Shown here in pieces: positions 9,601 to 17,768 of a DNA stretch of 36,930 bases. The DNA comes from an uncultured Muribaculaceae bacterium (GTDB lineage: Bacteria; Bacillota_I; Bacilli_A; RF39; UBA660), in the NCBI GenBank assembly GCA_964372175.1, contig CAYJPP010000001.1, positions 15,130-52,059 on the forward strand. Direction: 5' to 3'. The position numbers and the translations under genes are program-made. How positions within the stretch are numbered: the first letter of the stretch is position 1; each line of letters begins with the position of its first letter. The notes below the pieces were generated by a model, which was not told the origin of the DNA, searched no databases, and saw only the letters and a list, made by a program, of their open reading frames with translations.

Positions 9601-12600
9601 ATTAGGTACGCGAAGTTGATAATGAATAGTTGTATCTTTAAAAGTTGGATTTAAGGCTGCTTCCTTAGCAAATAAAAAATCCAAATCATCATTTACAGAT
9701 AAATCTCTTATAACATTAACAACATAATCTCTTTCTTCACCACTCTCACTGGTAACTTTAATATTAATATTATTTTCACCAGTTATAAGCGAGTATTTAC
9801 CGTTTCCTGTAACTGTTGCTTTTCTACTTGTTGGAGTAGCTATTATTTCAATTTCATCAACTTCATTTTGAACATTAATTACATAAGTAGAATCATCAAT
9901 TTTACTAACTTCACTATTTTTATTGTTTTCTATTTTTAAAATCGAGTTATCGGTACTGACACCTCTGGTTATTATTAAAGTATAATCTTTTTCAATACCT
10001 GTTTCTGAAACTATTTTAAAATTAATTGTATTTTCTCCTACTTTTAAAGAATAGTTTCCATTCCCTACTACTTTTGAATCATTGTCAACCGGCATTATTT
10101 CTATATCAATAATATCAATGTCATTAGATACATTCATAGTGTATGTAGTTAAAGAATTATCAATAGTTTCATTAATCACACCTTTTGAAGATGTTATGCT
10201 GAATAGTTCGTTATTATCAGATATTTCTTTTGTTATATTTAAAGTATATAATCCAACCGCACCATTTTCAGCAGTAGTTTCAATTAAAATTTTCGTTTCT
10301 GTTTCATTTAAATTATTATTTAATATTTTATAATTAGTTGTCTCTGCTACTGTTGTTGCTGTTATATTTAAATTTGGAAGATGTTTATTAACTGTTAAGT
10401 CATATTCATACACACCACTATTAAATTCAAACGGATAGTTTTCAACAGTTAAAGTTTTTAATCTTGTATCATTATTTTTATCTTTTAAAACATTAATTAT
10501 ATAAACGTTTGATATCCCATTCCCACCAGTAACTGTTATAGTGATTTTAGTGTTTCCAGATTTAATCACATCAGGCTTATCTATTGTAACAACAGAATAT
10601 TCACTTTCTGGGGTTGCTACAATATCTATTGTATTAACATGGCTAGGCAAATTTAATGTATATTCATTAAATGTCTTATCAAACATTGGAGAAAGATTAT
10701 AAGTTTCCTCAGTCTCAAAAATTTCATCATAATTACTAATATTTAAATCCTTTAAAAATACATTAGTATCATTAGCCTTATAAACATATAAGACATAAGT
10801 TCTTTTTGTTCCATCAAATGATGTTACTTTAACAAAAGATACATTCATACCTATTTTTAAGTTCGTATTTCCACTAACTTCCACTGTTGCATTGGAAGCT
10901 TGCGGTGTTGCGATAACATCAAATGAATTATATGCACTATCAATAGTCAGATGATAAGCATGTACATCAGGATTAAAAGTAAAATCTATTACTGGATTAA
11001 CTATATCCAAAGTAGCTAGTTTATTATTACTATTTTGGTCAACTATAAAAGAATAACTGTAAGTACTTTTATTCAGACCGTCCTCGGCGGTTATTTCAAT
11101 TTGAAAGTTATTTATGGTATCTTCCATTGTTACTTGATAGTCTGTTAATGTTATAAATTCATCATTTTGATGTTTTTTCAATACAACTTCTTGATATTTT
11201 TGTGCTTTAACTATATCAAATTCAACATGCATTAAATTTGAAGGAATATTAATAATATAAGAGTTAGTATTTTTATCAAATGTGTAATCACAATATTCTA
11301 TCCCACAAATATATTCATACATTTTATTTATGATAATATCTTCTGGGAAAGGATTACTTGATATTTCTCTTGTTACATTAAATGTATAAGTTCTGATTTG
11401 CCCATTAGAAGCAGTTACTATCAATTCATATACTTGTGATTCAGCAGTAACTTCTTTAAGACCTGTTCCCACAACATATGCTTCATTATCTTTTGTGAGA
11501 GCTTCTATATCTAGTTCAGTTTGATGTTCAGTTAAATGTATATCATACTCTAAAACCCAAGGTTCGAAATCGATTTCAACTGAGCCATCATTCAATATTA
11601 TATTATCTAAGTAATTATTATTATTAGATTCAATGACAGTTATTTTAGCGTATCCGTTCCCACTATGTCCGGTTCCATAAGGATATAAACTACCAGTTGT
11701 ATTAGGCATCTGGCTTCTGCCACCTCGCACGTTACTCCAATGATAAGCATAACCATCAATCATTGATGTATTAGAGAATTTTAATCCAGAATAATGAACA
11801 GAACATCCATTATTTGTAGTTCCGGTCGTACATCCAGCTTTTGGAGCTTGGTTTGTAGCAGATGTTATTGCAACTGATCCTGTGTGACCAGATATGTATG
11901 ATGAACCACCACCGCCAGATCCAACAACAGAAGAGTTATAAGAGCCTCCTCCTCCGCCATAGTAGCCGCCTCCGCCACCGCTTCCATGACTATATTCTGG
12001 CATTCCACCAATCCCAAAACTACCATTTGTTGCACATCTATAACCACAACCTGCATTACCACCTGCTGTTTGTGTTCCACCAGTTGCATTTGCATAGTAA
12101 TTAGACCACGAACGATATTCACGCCCGTTATATCCAACTAATCCACCACCAGGTGAAGCGTTAGAAACTGGATACATCCAGTTAGAAATCCCCGATCCAG
12201 CACCAGCTACCATTATTCTACTACGTAAACTAGTAGCATCGTTCCAGGTTCCACCTACTAATCTAATATCCGTGGCACCGCCACTACCAGCACCATAAGT
12301 CTGTCCATTATAAGGTCGCCCTTCGCCTCCACCGTTATAACCACCGGTTTGATTGTTTGAAACAGTTCCAGATAATTTTCCTTGTCCGCCGACTTGAATA
12401 TATAGAGTTTGGTCTTTGTTAAGAGCAACAGTTCCAGCCGTATAAGCTCCTCTACCACCTAATAAAGAACCGTTATTTCCCCCTTGTGCGCCCCAAAGTT
12501 CTATTTTGTATAAGCTATCATATGGAGCGGTAAAAGTCTGAACACTTCCTGTAAATCCAAAATTAAAAGGATCTATTTTTAAAACTTCTTTATTAATTTT

Positions 12601-14430
12601 TAATTTATAAACACTAGTATCAAGACCTTCTATCGAAGAGGTAATTGTTATAATATCAGTATGTTCAAAGTACTTATTGCCTTCAACTGTTATAATGGCT
12701 TCTTTTAAATACGGCTCGGTTGTTACATCAAGCGCATACAAAAGATTAGAAACATCGAGTGTATAATTAGCTGTCGAGCTACTAAAAGCAAAATCAATAT
12801 TTGGATCACTCAAAGTAATGTTTTTTAATTTTGTGGTTCTTTCTTTTTCAAAATTAAATGTATAGATGTTAGTTCCACTGTTATCTTCTGCAACGACTAG
12901 TATAACAAACATCATACTTTGTTCATCAAATTGAAATATTGTATCTTCAAAACCGTTTATAGTAACTCCTTGATAAGGCATGTTTTTTAATACATCTAAT
13001 TTTATTTCTTCTGTATCATAAGGCATTGTTATGTTATATTCAAATATATTACTATCAAATTCAGAATATAATGTATCATTTATTTTAATCCCATCTAGTA
13101 TGGTGGTGCTGGATGGTTCTCTAATTAGATTAATTTCATAAAGTTGAGTTCTCCCAGTTGAATTTGTAACTGATAACGTATGTTTATGGCTATTAGGTTT
13201 AACACTTATTGTTGTTTGTCCAACTATTTGTTGTCCTGTTGGTGCACTTGCTGTAATTACAGCTTCTTTTACCATAGTGTCTAAATTTAAACTGTAACTA
13301 AATATGCCACCCGTCAAAGATATAGACTCACCATTTACAGTAATTGAATTTAACATCGGATCAATTACTTCTTCTTCATAAGTTATTTTTGCATATCCAT
13401 TTCCACTATGACCCACACCATTAGCATTAAGCCCTCCACTTGTAGTTGGCATTCTCAAATACCCGCCTTTTGTGTTAGTCCATTTATAACCAAAACCGTC
13501 AATCATAACAGTTTCAGTAAAAGTCATACCTGAATAATGAATAGAACAATTATTATTTGTAGTCCCAGTTGTACAACCTGATTTAGGTGCTTGGTTTGTA
13601 GCCGAAGTAATCGCTACTGAACCTGTATGGCCGGAAATATACGATGATCCTCCTGAACCGGAACCAACATGGCCGTGGTTATAAGCACCACCACCACCAC
13701 CGTAGTAGCCTCCTCCACCGCCACTTCCGTGTCCGCTTTCTGCTGCACCGCCAATTCCAAATGTTCCAGAACTCCCACATTTAAGACCACAAGACCTAGT
13801 TCCACCAGCAGTTTGAGTAGCCCCTGTTGCATTAGTTAATGGATCACCACTATGACTAACACTTCTACCAGGATAACCAATTAAACCACCAGCAGGTGCG
13901 GCATTGGAAATAGGCGATTGCCAGTTTGATAACCCCGATCCTGCTCCTGCCACCATAATTCTACTGCGTAAACTAGTTGCATTATTCCACTCACCGCCTA
14001 CTAACCTAACATCAGTTGCGCCGCCACTACCAGCACCATAAGTAGCTCCAGAATATGCTCTTGCTTCTTGCCCGCCATTATACCCAGCAGTAACACTAGC
14101 CGAACCAGCAAGTTTACCTTGGCCGCCAACTTGGATAAATATAGTTTGCCCTTTAATAAGCTCTACAACACCAGCTGTATAAGCTCCTCTACCACCAAGT
14201 AAAGAACCATTATTCCCACCTTGGGCCCCCCAAAGTTCTATCTTGTAAAATCCACTAACTGGCGCTGTAAATGATTGAACATTACCAGTATACCCAAAAT
14301 TATAAATCGTCCCTAAATTGGGCGCAGCTATTTCTTGATTTAAACTAATCTGATAATTAGAATTATCATTTAAAATATTAAAAATTAAAATACTACAAAT
14401 TAAAAGTACGAAGATAGCAAGTTTTTTCAT
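6652..14430 (-). CDS. Giant secreted protein of 2,592 aa. It has a signal peptide, two glycine-rich (ALK/LTK-type, PF12810-like) domains, 20 cadherin-like beta-sandwich modules and a C-terminal dockerin.
   Basis: A single uninterrupted ORF starting MKKLAIFVLLICSILIF, with SD AAGGTG upstream. Domain motifs are given under the repeat features below. No LPXTG motif and no TM anchor. Confidence 0.9.
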   Translation of the reverse strand: MKKLAIFVLLICSILIFNILNDNSNYQISLNQEIAAPNLGTIYNFGYTGNVQSFTAPVSGFYKIELWGAQGGNNGSLLGGRGAYTAGVVELIKGQTIFIQVGGQGKLAGSASVTAGYNGGQEARAYSGATYGAGSGGATDVRLVGGEWNNATSLRSRIMVAGAGSGLSNWQSPISNAAPAGGLIGYPGRSVSHSGDPLTNATGATQTAGGTRSCGLKCGSSGTFGIGGAAESGHGSGGGGGYYGGGGGAYNHGHVGSGSGGSSYISGHTGSVAITSATNQAPKSGCTTGTTNNNCSIHYSGMTFTETVMIDGFGYKWTNTKGGYLRMPTTSGGLNANGVGHSGNGYAKITYEEEVIDPMLNSITVNGESISLTGGIFSYSLNLDTMVKEAVITASAPTGQQIVGQTTISVKPNSHKHTLSVTNSTGRTQLYEINLIREPSSTTILDGIKINDTLYSEFDSNIFEYNITMPYDTEEIKLDVLKNMPYQGVTINGFEDTIFQFDEQSMMFVILVVAEDNSGTNIYTFNFEKERTTKLKNITLSDPNIDFAFSSSTANYTLDVSNLLYALDVTTEPYLKEAIITVEGNKYFEHTDIITITSSIEGLDTSVYKLKINKEVLKIDPFNFGFTGSVQTFTAPYDSLYKIELWGAQGGNNGSLLGGRGAYTAGTVALNKDQTLYIQVGGQGKLSGTVSNNQTGGYNGGGEGRPYNGQTYGAGSGGATDIRLVGGTWNDATSLRSRIMVAGAGSGISNWMYPVSNASPGGGLVGYNGREYRSWSNYYANATGGTQTAGGNAGCGYRCATNGSFGIGGMPEYSHGSGGGGGYYGGGGGSYNSSVVGSGGGGSSYISGHTGSVAITSATNQAPKAGCTTGTTNNGCSVHYSGLKFSNTSMIDGYAYHWSNVRGGRSQMPNTTGSLYPYGTGHSGNGYAKITVIESNNNNYLDNIILNDGSVEIDFEPWVLEYDIHLTEHQTELDIEALTKDNEAYVVGTGLKEVTAESQVYELIVTASNGQIRTYTFNVTREISSNPFPEDIIINKMYEYICGIEYCDYTFDKNTNSYIINIPSNLMHVEFDIVKAQKYQEVVLKKHQNDEFITLTDYQVTMEDTINNFQIEITAEDGLNKSTYSYSFIVDQNSNNKLATLDIVNPVIDFTFNPDVHAYHLTIDSAYNSFDVIATPQASNATVEVSGNTNLKIGMNVSFVKVTSFDGTKRTYVLYVYKANDTNVFLKDLNISNYDEIFETEETYNLSPMFDKTFNEYTLNLPSHVNTIDIVATPESEYSVVTIDKPDVIKSGNTKITITVTGGNGISNVYIINVLKDKNNDTRLKTLTVENYPFEFNSGVYEYDLTVNKHLPNLNITATTVAETTNYKILNNNLNETETKILIETTAENGAVGLYTLNITKEISDNNELFSITSSKGVINETIDNSLTTYTMNVSNDIDIIDIEIMPVDNDSKVVGNGNYSLKVGENTINFKIVSETGIEKDYTLIITRGVSTDNSILKIENNKNSEVSKIDDSTYVINVQNEVDEIEIIATPTSRKATVTGNGKYSLITGENNINIKVTSESGEERDYVVNVIRDLSVNDDLDFLFAKEAALNPTFKDTTIHYQLRVPNSVESLTLTIEPEDKNATYEVIGNSNFVTGYNEVVIRVTAEDLIHTKDYTLNVYKENPHLSDLTLFDLSVSEGVLEPQFDSLIRDYYVTVENEITEIAIEGILNDESMRIIGNGTYSLKEGKNVLVVTALDENNNLLDYQVVVTRKLSSDASLKSVVIKSHNLNPSFRTDVTDYYLTTSETDLDFVIIEPTEEKSTYEVTGNEVLTTGDNLIEITVTAPDLVTTKTYKINVTKEASDNNNLSDIITDYEYSPVFYKTTTFYTMNVLNDVNSIAVEGIAEEQSAVVSGNGIHELEVGRNIIQLLVTSESGNSKSYVIIVTKEGSNNNDLEKLYTDIGPLTPVFDKDILNYELIVDYEIDTTFVYASSSDSNAKVSGVGEYDLIVGENKISVVVTAENGDVKTYQVNITRNELNSALLTELKAADYPFDTDFNKNIFDYNIEVNNETTSLDLMYELEDPNGFVQVIGNEEFKEGLNTVEIKVLASDFVTEQTYTITVYRKMYTDNLLNNLEVTNHLMEPMFNPEILEYTINIENEVSMVDIITETMNPNATVSGDGTVEIFEKEKTIEVIVTSPIGIKRSYFIYVNKIISDNNYLSSLQIRDLNKQFDLNPKFVKNKNDYQITVEPDVTDVILFGVADDPKSTVVGLESYNLEVGNNKLSVAVTSESGLVNVYNLGVDKIASTNNNVINIIPSFGNINFEPETKTYELILPDDASVLEFEVILEDTSAVVTGHEQVGILNGTSTRLITITAEDGSVNEYTFNISKEVSDVLLKELKIENYNIDFEPTVFEYNLAVSSSKNMLLESEITAIANDLAATVNLMGDINLPNSYIIEVIGVDNYTVQEYKINISNDNDALALKSDIYTINNDYVIVENIPVTEIIENFYNSEHIKIYKNDALYTGIVGTNMKVKLVVDDIIYDEVTLIVLGDLNGDSKINVLDKIEFSNHINKTKLLIDGYILAGDVNKDNYTNSEDLNLIDKTIIKSE
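6655..6834 (-). other. Dockerin type I-like module, the last 60 aa of the giant protein
   Basis: There are two F-hand Ca-binding loops with D1-N3-D5-D12 spacing, about 35 aa apart: DLNGDSKINVLD and DVNKDNYTNSED. The preceding context is TLIVLGDLNGD. Confidence 0.65.
7045..11637 (-). repeat. Array of 17 tandem cadherin-like beta-sandwich modules of about 90 aa (protein-level repeats)
   Basis: The recurrent pattern is L..L.v....l.P.F......Y.l.V......i.i.a......a.v.GnG.y.L..GeN.i.i.VtsE.G....Y.i.V.R. Examples are SLKSVVIKSHNLNPSFRTDVTDYYLT...YKINVTKE and DLEKLYTDIGPLTPVFDKDILNYELIV...YQVNITRN. The modules have diverged at the DNA level. Confidence 0.7.
11638..12570 (-). repeat. Glycine-rich domain, copy 2 (aa ~621-931)
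   Basis: Motifs in order: FNFGFTGSVQTFTAP, YKIELWGAQGGNNGSLLGGRGAYTAG, YIQVGGQGK, YGAGSGGATDIRLVGG, SRIMVAGAGSG, HGSGGGGGYYGGGGG, GGSSYISGHTGSVAITSATNQAPK, GNGYAKIT. Confidence 0.7.
12571..13380 (-). repeat. Three cadherin-like modules between the two glycine-rich domains
   Basis: aa ~351-620, for example MLNSITVNGESISL...YEINLIRE, ILDGIKINDTLYSEFDSNIFEYNITM...YTFNFEKE and KLKNITLSDPNIDFAFSSSTANYTLDV...YKLKINKE. Confidence 0.6.
13381..14307 (-). repeat. Glycine-rich domain, copy 1 (aa ~42-350)
   Basis: The motifs are collinear with copy 2: YNFGYTGNVQSFTAP, YKIELWGAQGGNNGSLLGGRGAYTAG, HGSGGGGGYYGGGGG, GNGYAKIT. By eye roughly 70% of residues are identical, while synonymous sites have diverged. 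Confidence 0.7.
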
Positions 14431-14455
14431 AAAACACCTTCTTTATTCTAAACAC

Positions 14456-14484
14456 ATTATAACAAAATCAGTTGCTTTTTACAA
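14456..14484 (-). promoter_or_regulatory. SigA-type promoter of the giant gene
   Basis: The minus strand reads TTGTAA, a 17-nt spacer, then TGtTATAAT (extended -10), about 25 nt upstream of ATG 14430. Confidence 0.5.
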
Positions 14485-14961
14485 TATAAAAGAACAAATT
14501 TATTTGCCCTTAATTGTTACAATAGTCAATAATGCTAAATGCACTTATTTTTTAGTTTAACTTCAAACACTACTATCATACTTTCATACAAATTAAAAAC
14601 CATAAACTATTTTAATTAAATAAATTTATCCAAAATTTCATTTACAAAGACTAGTACACTTCTTATAAATTCTTTCAGTATAATTATTTCACTTAGTTTC
14701 ATGCTCTTTATCATATATATCACAGTTTTTAAATGTCATTGATTTTAAAGTTGAAATAACTTCTAATTTATTAACAGCGATAATGATAACCCTTTTATAT
14801 GGCAATAATTATACAAATGTTAATAAAAATTTTGCAAACAAATAAAATTAATATCTGAGGATTTTGAAAATAAATAAATTTATTAGAGGTAAATATAAAG
14901 GTATGAAAAATACTGTTTTGCATATCAAACTAAATCTGGTTTAAAAGCATTAATTCAAGAC

Positions 14962-14985
14962 AAAAAAAAGAACTAATCAGTTCTT
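14962..14985 (-). terminator. Rho-independent terminator after tyrS
   Basis: The minus strand reads AAGAAC-tgatta-GTTCTT followed by a T8 run. The stem overlaps the tyrS TAA stop. Confidence 0.5.
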
Positions 14986-16204
14986 ATTTAATACCTATAT
15001 AAAACTTCTTTTTACCTTTTCTTATTACTATAACTTTATTATCGATAAAATTTTCATCAGTCAGCACATATTCTAGTTCTGTTATTTTAATATTATTAAC
15101 ACTAATAGCACCACTAGTTATCATTTCGCGAGCCTCACGTTTTGATGAACATACTTGGTTATCAACTAACAAGTCAACCATATTAGTCGTTGTAACATTA
15201 AAGGTTGTAACATCTGTCAAAGATTTAATAATATCATCAGCACTCAACTTAGTAATATCTTCATTAAATAATGATTCACTAATTCTAACCGCTTTTAAAT
15301 ATTCTTCCTCACCATGAACAAAAGTTATTACGGCTTTGGCAAACTCTTTAGCCGCTTCTCTTAATTCTGGTTTTTCTTTAACACTTAGCTCTAGTTTATC
15401 AATTTCTTCTTTTGACAAGAAAGAAAACACCTTCAAATAATGAATAACCATTTCATCATCCGTATTTATTAAGTATTGATACATTTCATAACTACTAGTT
15501 TTATTAATATCTAGCCATAAAGCATTTCCCTCTGATTTCCCAAACTTATTTCCCGCTTTATCTAAAACTAACGGCATAGTAAAGCCGTATGCCTCACCAC
15601 CTGTTTTTTTTCTAATCAAATCGACTCCAGCAGTAATGTTACCCCATTGATCAGAACCTGCAACTTGTAAAGTACAATTCATATTTTCATATAAATATAA
15701 AAAATCAAGTGATTGCATAATCATATACGAAAATTCAGTGTATGTAATCCCTGTATCCAGTCGTCTTCTAATGATATCTTTGTCAAGCATGTAATTAACA
15801 CTAAAATATTTCCCATAATCTCTTAAATAGTCAATGAAGTTAATATCTTTTGACCAGTCATAATTATCAACAATTTGAAATCCAAACAATTTTTCAACTT
15901 GTTTTTTTAATCCAGTAATATTTTTGGTTAATTCTTCTCTTGTAATCATTGTTCTTTCGACAGTTGGTCTAGGATCACCGATCAACCCAGTAGCCCCTCC
16001 TACTAATATAATAGGATTGTGCCCAGCATCTTTTAATCTTTTAGATATTAAAAAACTTGATAGATGCCCTAAATGAAGACTGTCAGCCGTTGGATCAGTC
16101 CCAATATAAAAGGTTAAACCACCTTTATTTAATTTTTCGCCTAGTTCAGGACTAGTAATATCTTTAATTAAACCTCTATATTTTAAATCTTCAAATAATT
16201 TCAT
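14984..16204 (-). CDS. tyrS: Tyrosyl-tRNA synthetase
   Basis: 406 aa. HIGH-type motif SLHLGHL, KMSKS-type motif KFGKS and a C-terminal S4-like domain. SD GGAGG upstream. Confidence 0.9.
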   Translation of the reverse strand: MKLFEDLKYRGLIKDITSPELGEKLNKGGLTFYIGTDPTADSLHLGHLSSFLISKRLKDAGHNPIILVGGATGLIGDPRPTVERTMITREELTKNITGLKKQVEKLFGFQIVDNYDWSKDINFIDYLRDYGKYFSVNYMLDKDIIRRRLDTGITYTEFSYMIMQSLDFLYLYENMNCTLQVAGSDQWGNITAGVDLIRKKTGGEAYGFTMPLVLDKAGNKFGKSEGNALWLDINKTSSYEMYQYLINTDDEMVIHYLKVFSFLSKEEIDKLELSVKEKPELREAAKEFAKAVITFVHGEEEYLKAVRISESLFNEDITKLSADDIIKSLTDVTTFNVTTTNMVDLLVDNQVCSSKREAREMITSGAISVNNIKITELEYVLTDENFIDNKVIVIRKGKKKFYIGIK

Positions 16205-16214
16205 AATTTTCCTC

Positions 16215-16724
16215 CTAATAATTTGTATTTAGTCTATCTTTAACTATAATCAGCTTATTAAAACAACTAATTACTAGTTTTTCATCAGAAATGCCCAAAA
16301 TCTCCTTTATGTGTAATAAGTACATTAATGTGGTGACTAAATTGTCGCCATCAATATCATGAATTAACTGTGAACTTTTATTAAATAATTGAATAAAACT
16401 TTCTATAATATCTGTTTCAAATTCTATTTTTTTCAATTTCATTACATCAATTTTAAAATGTTCAAAAAGGGTCAATACAAGTATAATACAGTCAGAAAGT
16501 TCCTCAATAATCTTTTCATATTCTGGTTTTTTGACAGACCAATATTTAAAACATTTTGTTTCATTTGCAAACTCACCAATTTCAACAAGCAAAGCTAAAC
16601 AAGTCTTTTCAAAGTAGTTATTTTCTGTATTAGAATACTTTTCTTTAAATATTTCTTCTACCTTTTTATTTTCCAAGTATATTTCCTGTATATACCAAAG
16701 TTCATTTTTTGACTTCAAATTCAT
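16215..16724 (-). CDS. Dimeric (all-alpha, MazG-like) dUTPase family protein
   Basis: 169 aa. CLALLVEIGEFANETKCFKYWS...IIEELSDCIILVL matches the dUTPase_2 (PF08761-type) core as I remember it. Confidence 0.55.
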   Translation of the reverse strand: MNLKSKNELWYIQEIYLENKKVEEIFKEKYSNTENNYFEKTCLALLVEIGEFANETKCFKYWSVKKPEYEKIIEELSDCIILVLTLFEHFKIDVMKLKKIEFETDIIESFIQLFNKSSQLIHDIDGDNLVTTLMYLLHIKEILGISDEKLVISCFNKLIIVKDRLNTNY

Positions 16725-16766
16725 TTTATTTCCCTATTATTTCCCGCGTTTGGGTAATATTTCCCA

Positions 16767-17306
16767 TTATTTCCCTAGCTGTTTCCAATACTTTTTATAG
16801 TTTGATTTTTCATCAGCTACATGCACTTCTTCATCAAACACAGCATCATTTTCTTCAATTATTTTAATCATACTGAGATTATTACTCTTACAAGCAAGCA
16901 TTACTTTATCGATAGCTAAATCTTGACATTTTAATAACCCTAGTTTCAAAGTTTCTTTACCATACCCTTTATTTCTCTTACTAGGCCTAATCCCATAACC
17001 AATATGCCCACCATATTTAATTAACTCTTCTGTTAATAAGTTATGCCGTATTGATATATGTCCTATTATGTTTGTTCCTTCCATTATAAAATAAACACTA
17101 GCTGCTACCCTTCCTTGTTTAACAACACCGTTGTGTTCATCTATAACATTATTCAACCATAGTTCATAGTCATATGTTTTAAGAAAACCTGCTAAGGAAC
17201 TTTCTGGATTTGTTTTTTTATATTCTTCAACATAATCTAACCAAGCTTCTTTGTCATCAATCGTTGGGAATTTTAAAGATATATTCATTAGTATCACCAT
17301 CTTCAT
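16767..17306 (-). CDS. GNAT family N-acetyltransferase
   Basis: 179 aa. An acetyl-CoA binding-type motif, IRPSKRNKGYGKETLKLGL. An alternative start is ATG 17288 (MNISLKF). Confidence 0.7.
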   Translation of the reverse strand: MKMVILMNISLKFPTIDDKEAWLDYVEEYKKTNPESSLAGFLKTYDYELWLNNVIDEHNGVVKQGRVAASVYFIMEGTNIIGHISIRHNLLTEELIKYGGHIGYGIRPSKRNKGYGKETLKLGLLKCQDLAIDKVMLACKSNNLSMIKIIEENDAVFDEEVHVADEKSNYKKYWKQLGK

Positions 17307-17344
17307 TATATCATAATTTTATAAATTATAAAATAAAAACCCAA

Positions 17345-17686
17345 TTAATCTTGAGTTTTTATATTTTCGATTATATCTTCTATTTTTTTCCCATATTCAA
17401 TTGACTCATCATAAACGAATTCTAATTCTGGAACATGGTGCATATTAACTCGTTTAACAAGTTCATTTTTAATAAATCCTCTTGCATCTTTTAATGCTTT
17501 TAATGTTGAATCTATTTTATCTGTTTCAAATACTGTTATGTATATTTTTGCATAAGATAAATCAGGCGCTAATTTGCAATCCGTTACGGTTACGAATTTT
17601 ATATCTTTATCTTTTATTTCAAACGTTAAGATATAACTCAATTCTTTTACTATATTACTAGCAATTCTTTCTGTTTTAACACTCAT
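17345..17686 (-). CDS. rbfA: Ribosome-binding factor A
   Basis: MSVKTERIASNIVKELSYILTFEIKDKDIKFVTVTDCKLAPDLSYAKIYITV is typical of RbfA. The track ORF begins 8 codons earlier at 17710; I prefer ATG 17686 by homology of the N-terminus. Confidence 0.85.
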   Translation of the reverse strand: MSVKTERIASNIVKELSYILTFEIKDKDIKFVTVTDCKLAPDLSYAKIYITVFETDKIDSTLKALKDARGFIKNELVKRVNMHHVPELEFVYDESIEYGKKIEDIIENIKTQD

Positions 17687-17745
17687 ATTATCACTCTTTT
17701 CTATAACCATTATACCATAAATATAAATTATTGTATATTATAGAA

Positions 17746-17768
17746 TTAAAAAACATGCGATTGCATGT
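17746..17768 (-). terminator. Rho-independent terminator between infB and rbfA
   Basis: The minus strand reads ACATGC-aatc-GCATGT followed by TTTTTTAATT, 58 nt after the infB stop. Confidence 0.55.

Noticed and set aside
11862-13832. Track ORFs inside the glycine-rich regions: 11862-12104 (+), 11865-12137 (-), 12258-12458 (-) and 13614-13832 (-)
   Set aside because: They lie entirely within the 2,592-aa ORF, in other frames or on the other strand. The GGN-rich Gly codons locally remove stop codons, and the translations are low-complexity (Q/V/L/H runs). They are shadow ORFs.
1-14983. A mobile-element origin for the surface island (integrase, transposase, flanking inverted or direct repeats, or tRNA target)
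   Set aside because: No recombinase-like ORF, tRNA gene or recognisable terminal repeat is present in the window. The island boundary beyond nt 1 is not visible.
16205-16214. A T-box or other riboswitch leader upstream of tyrS, and likewise upstream of asnS at 33524-33525
   Set aside because: The gaps to the upstream genes are only 10 nt and 2 nt, so there is no space for a structured leader.
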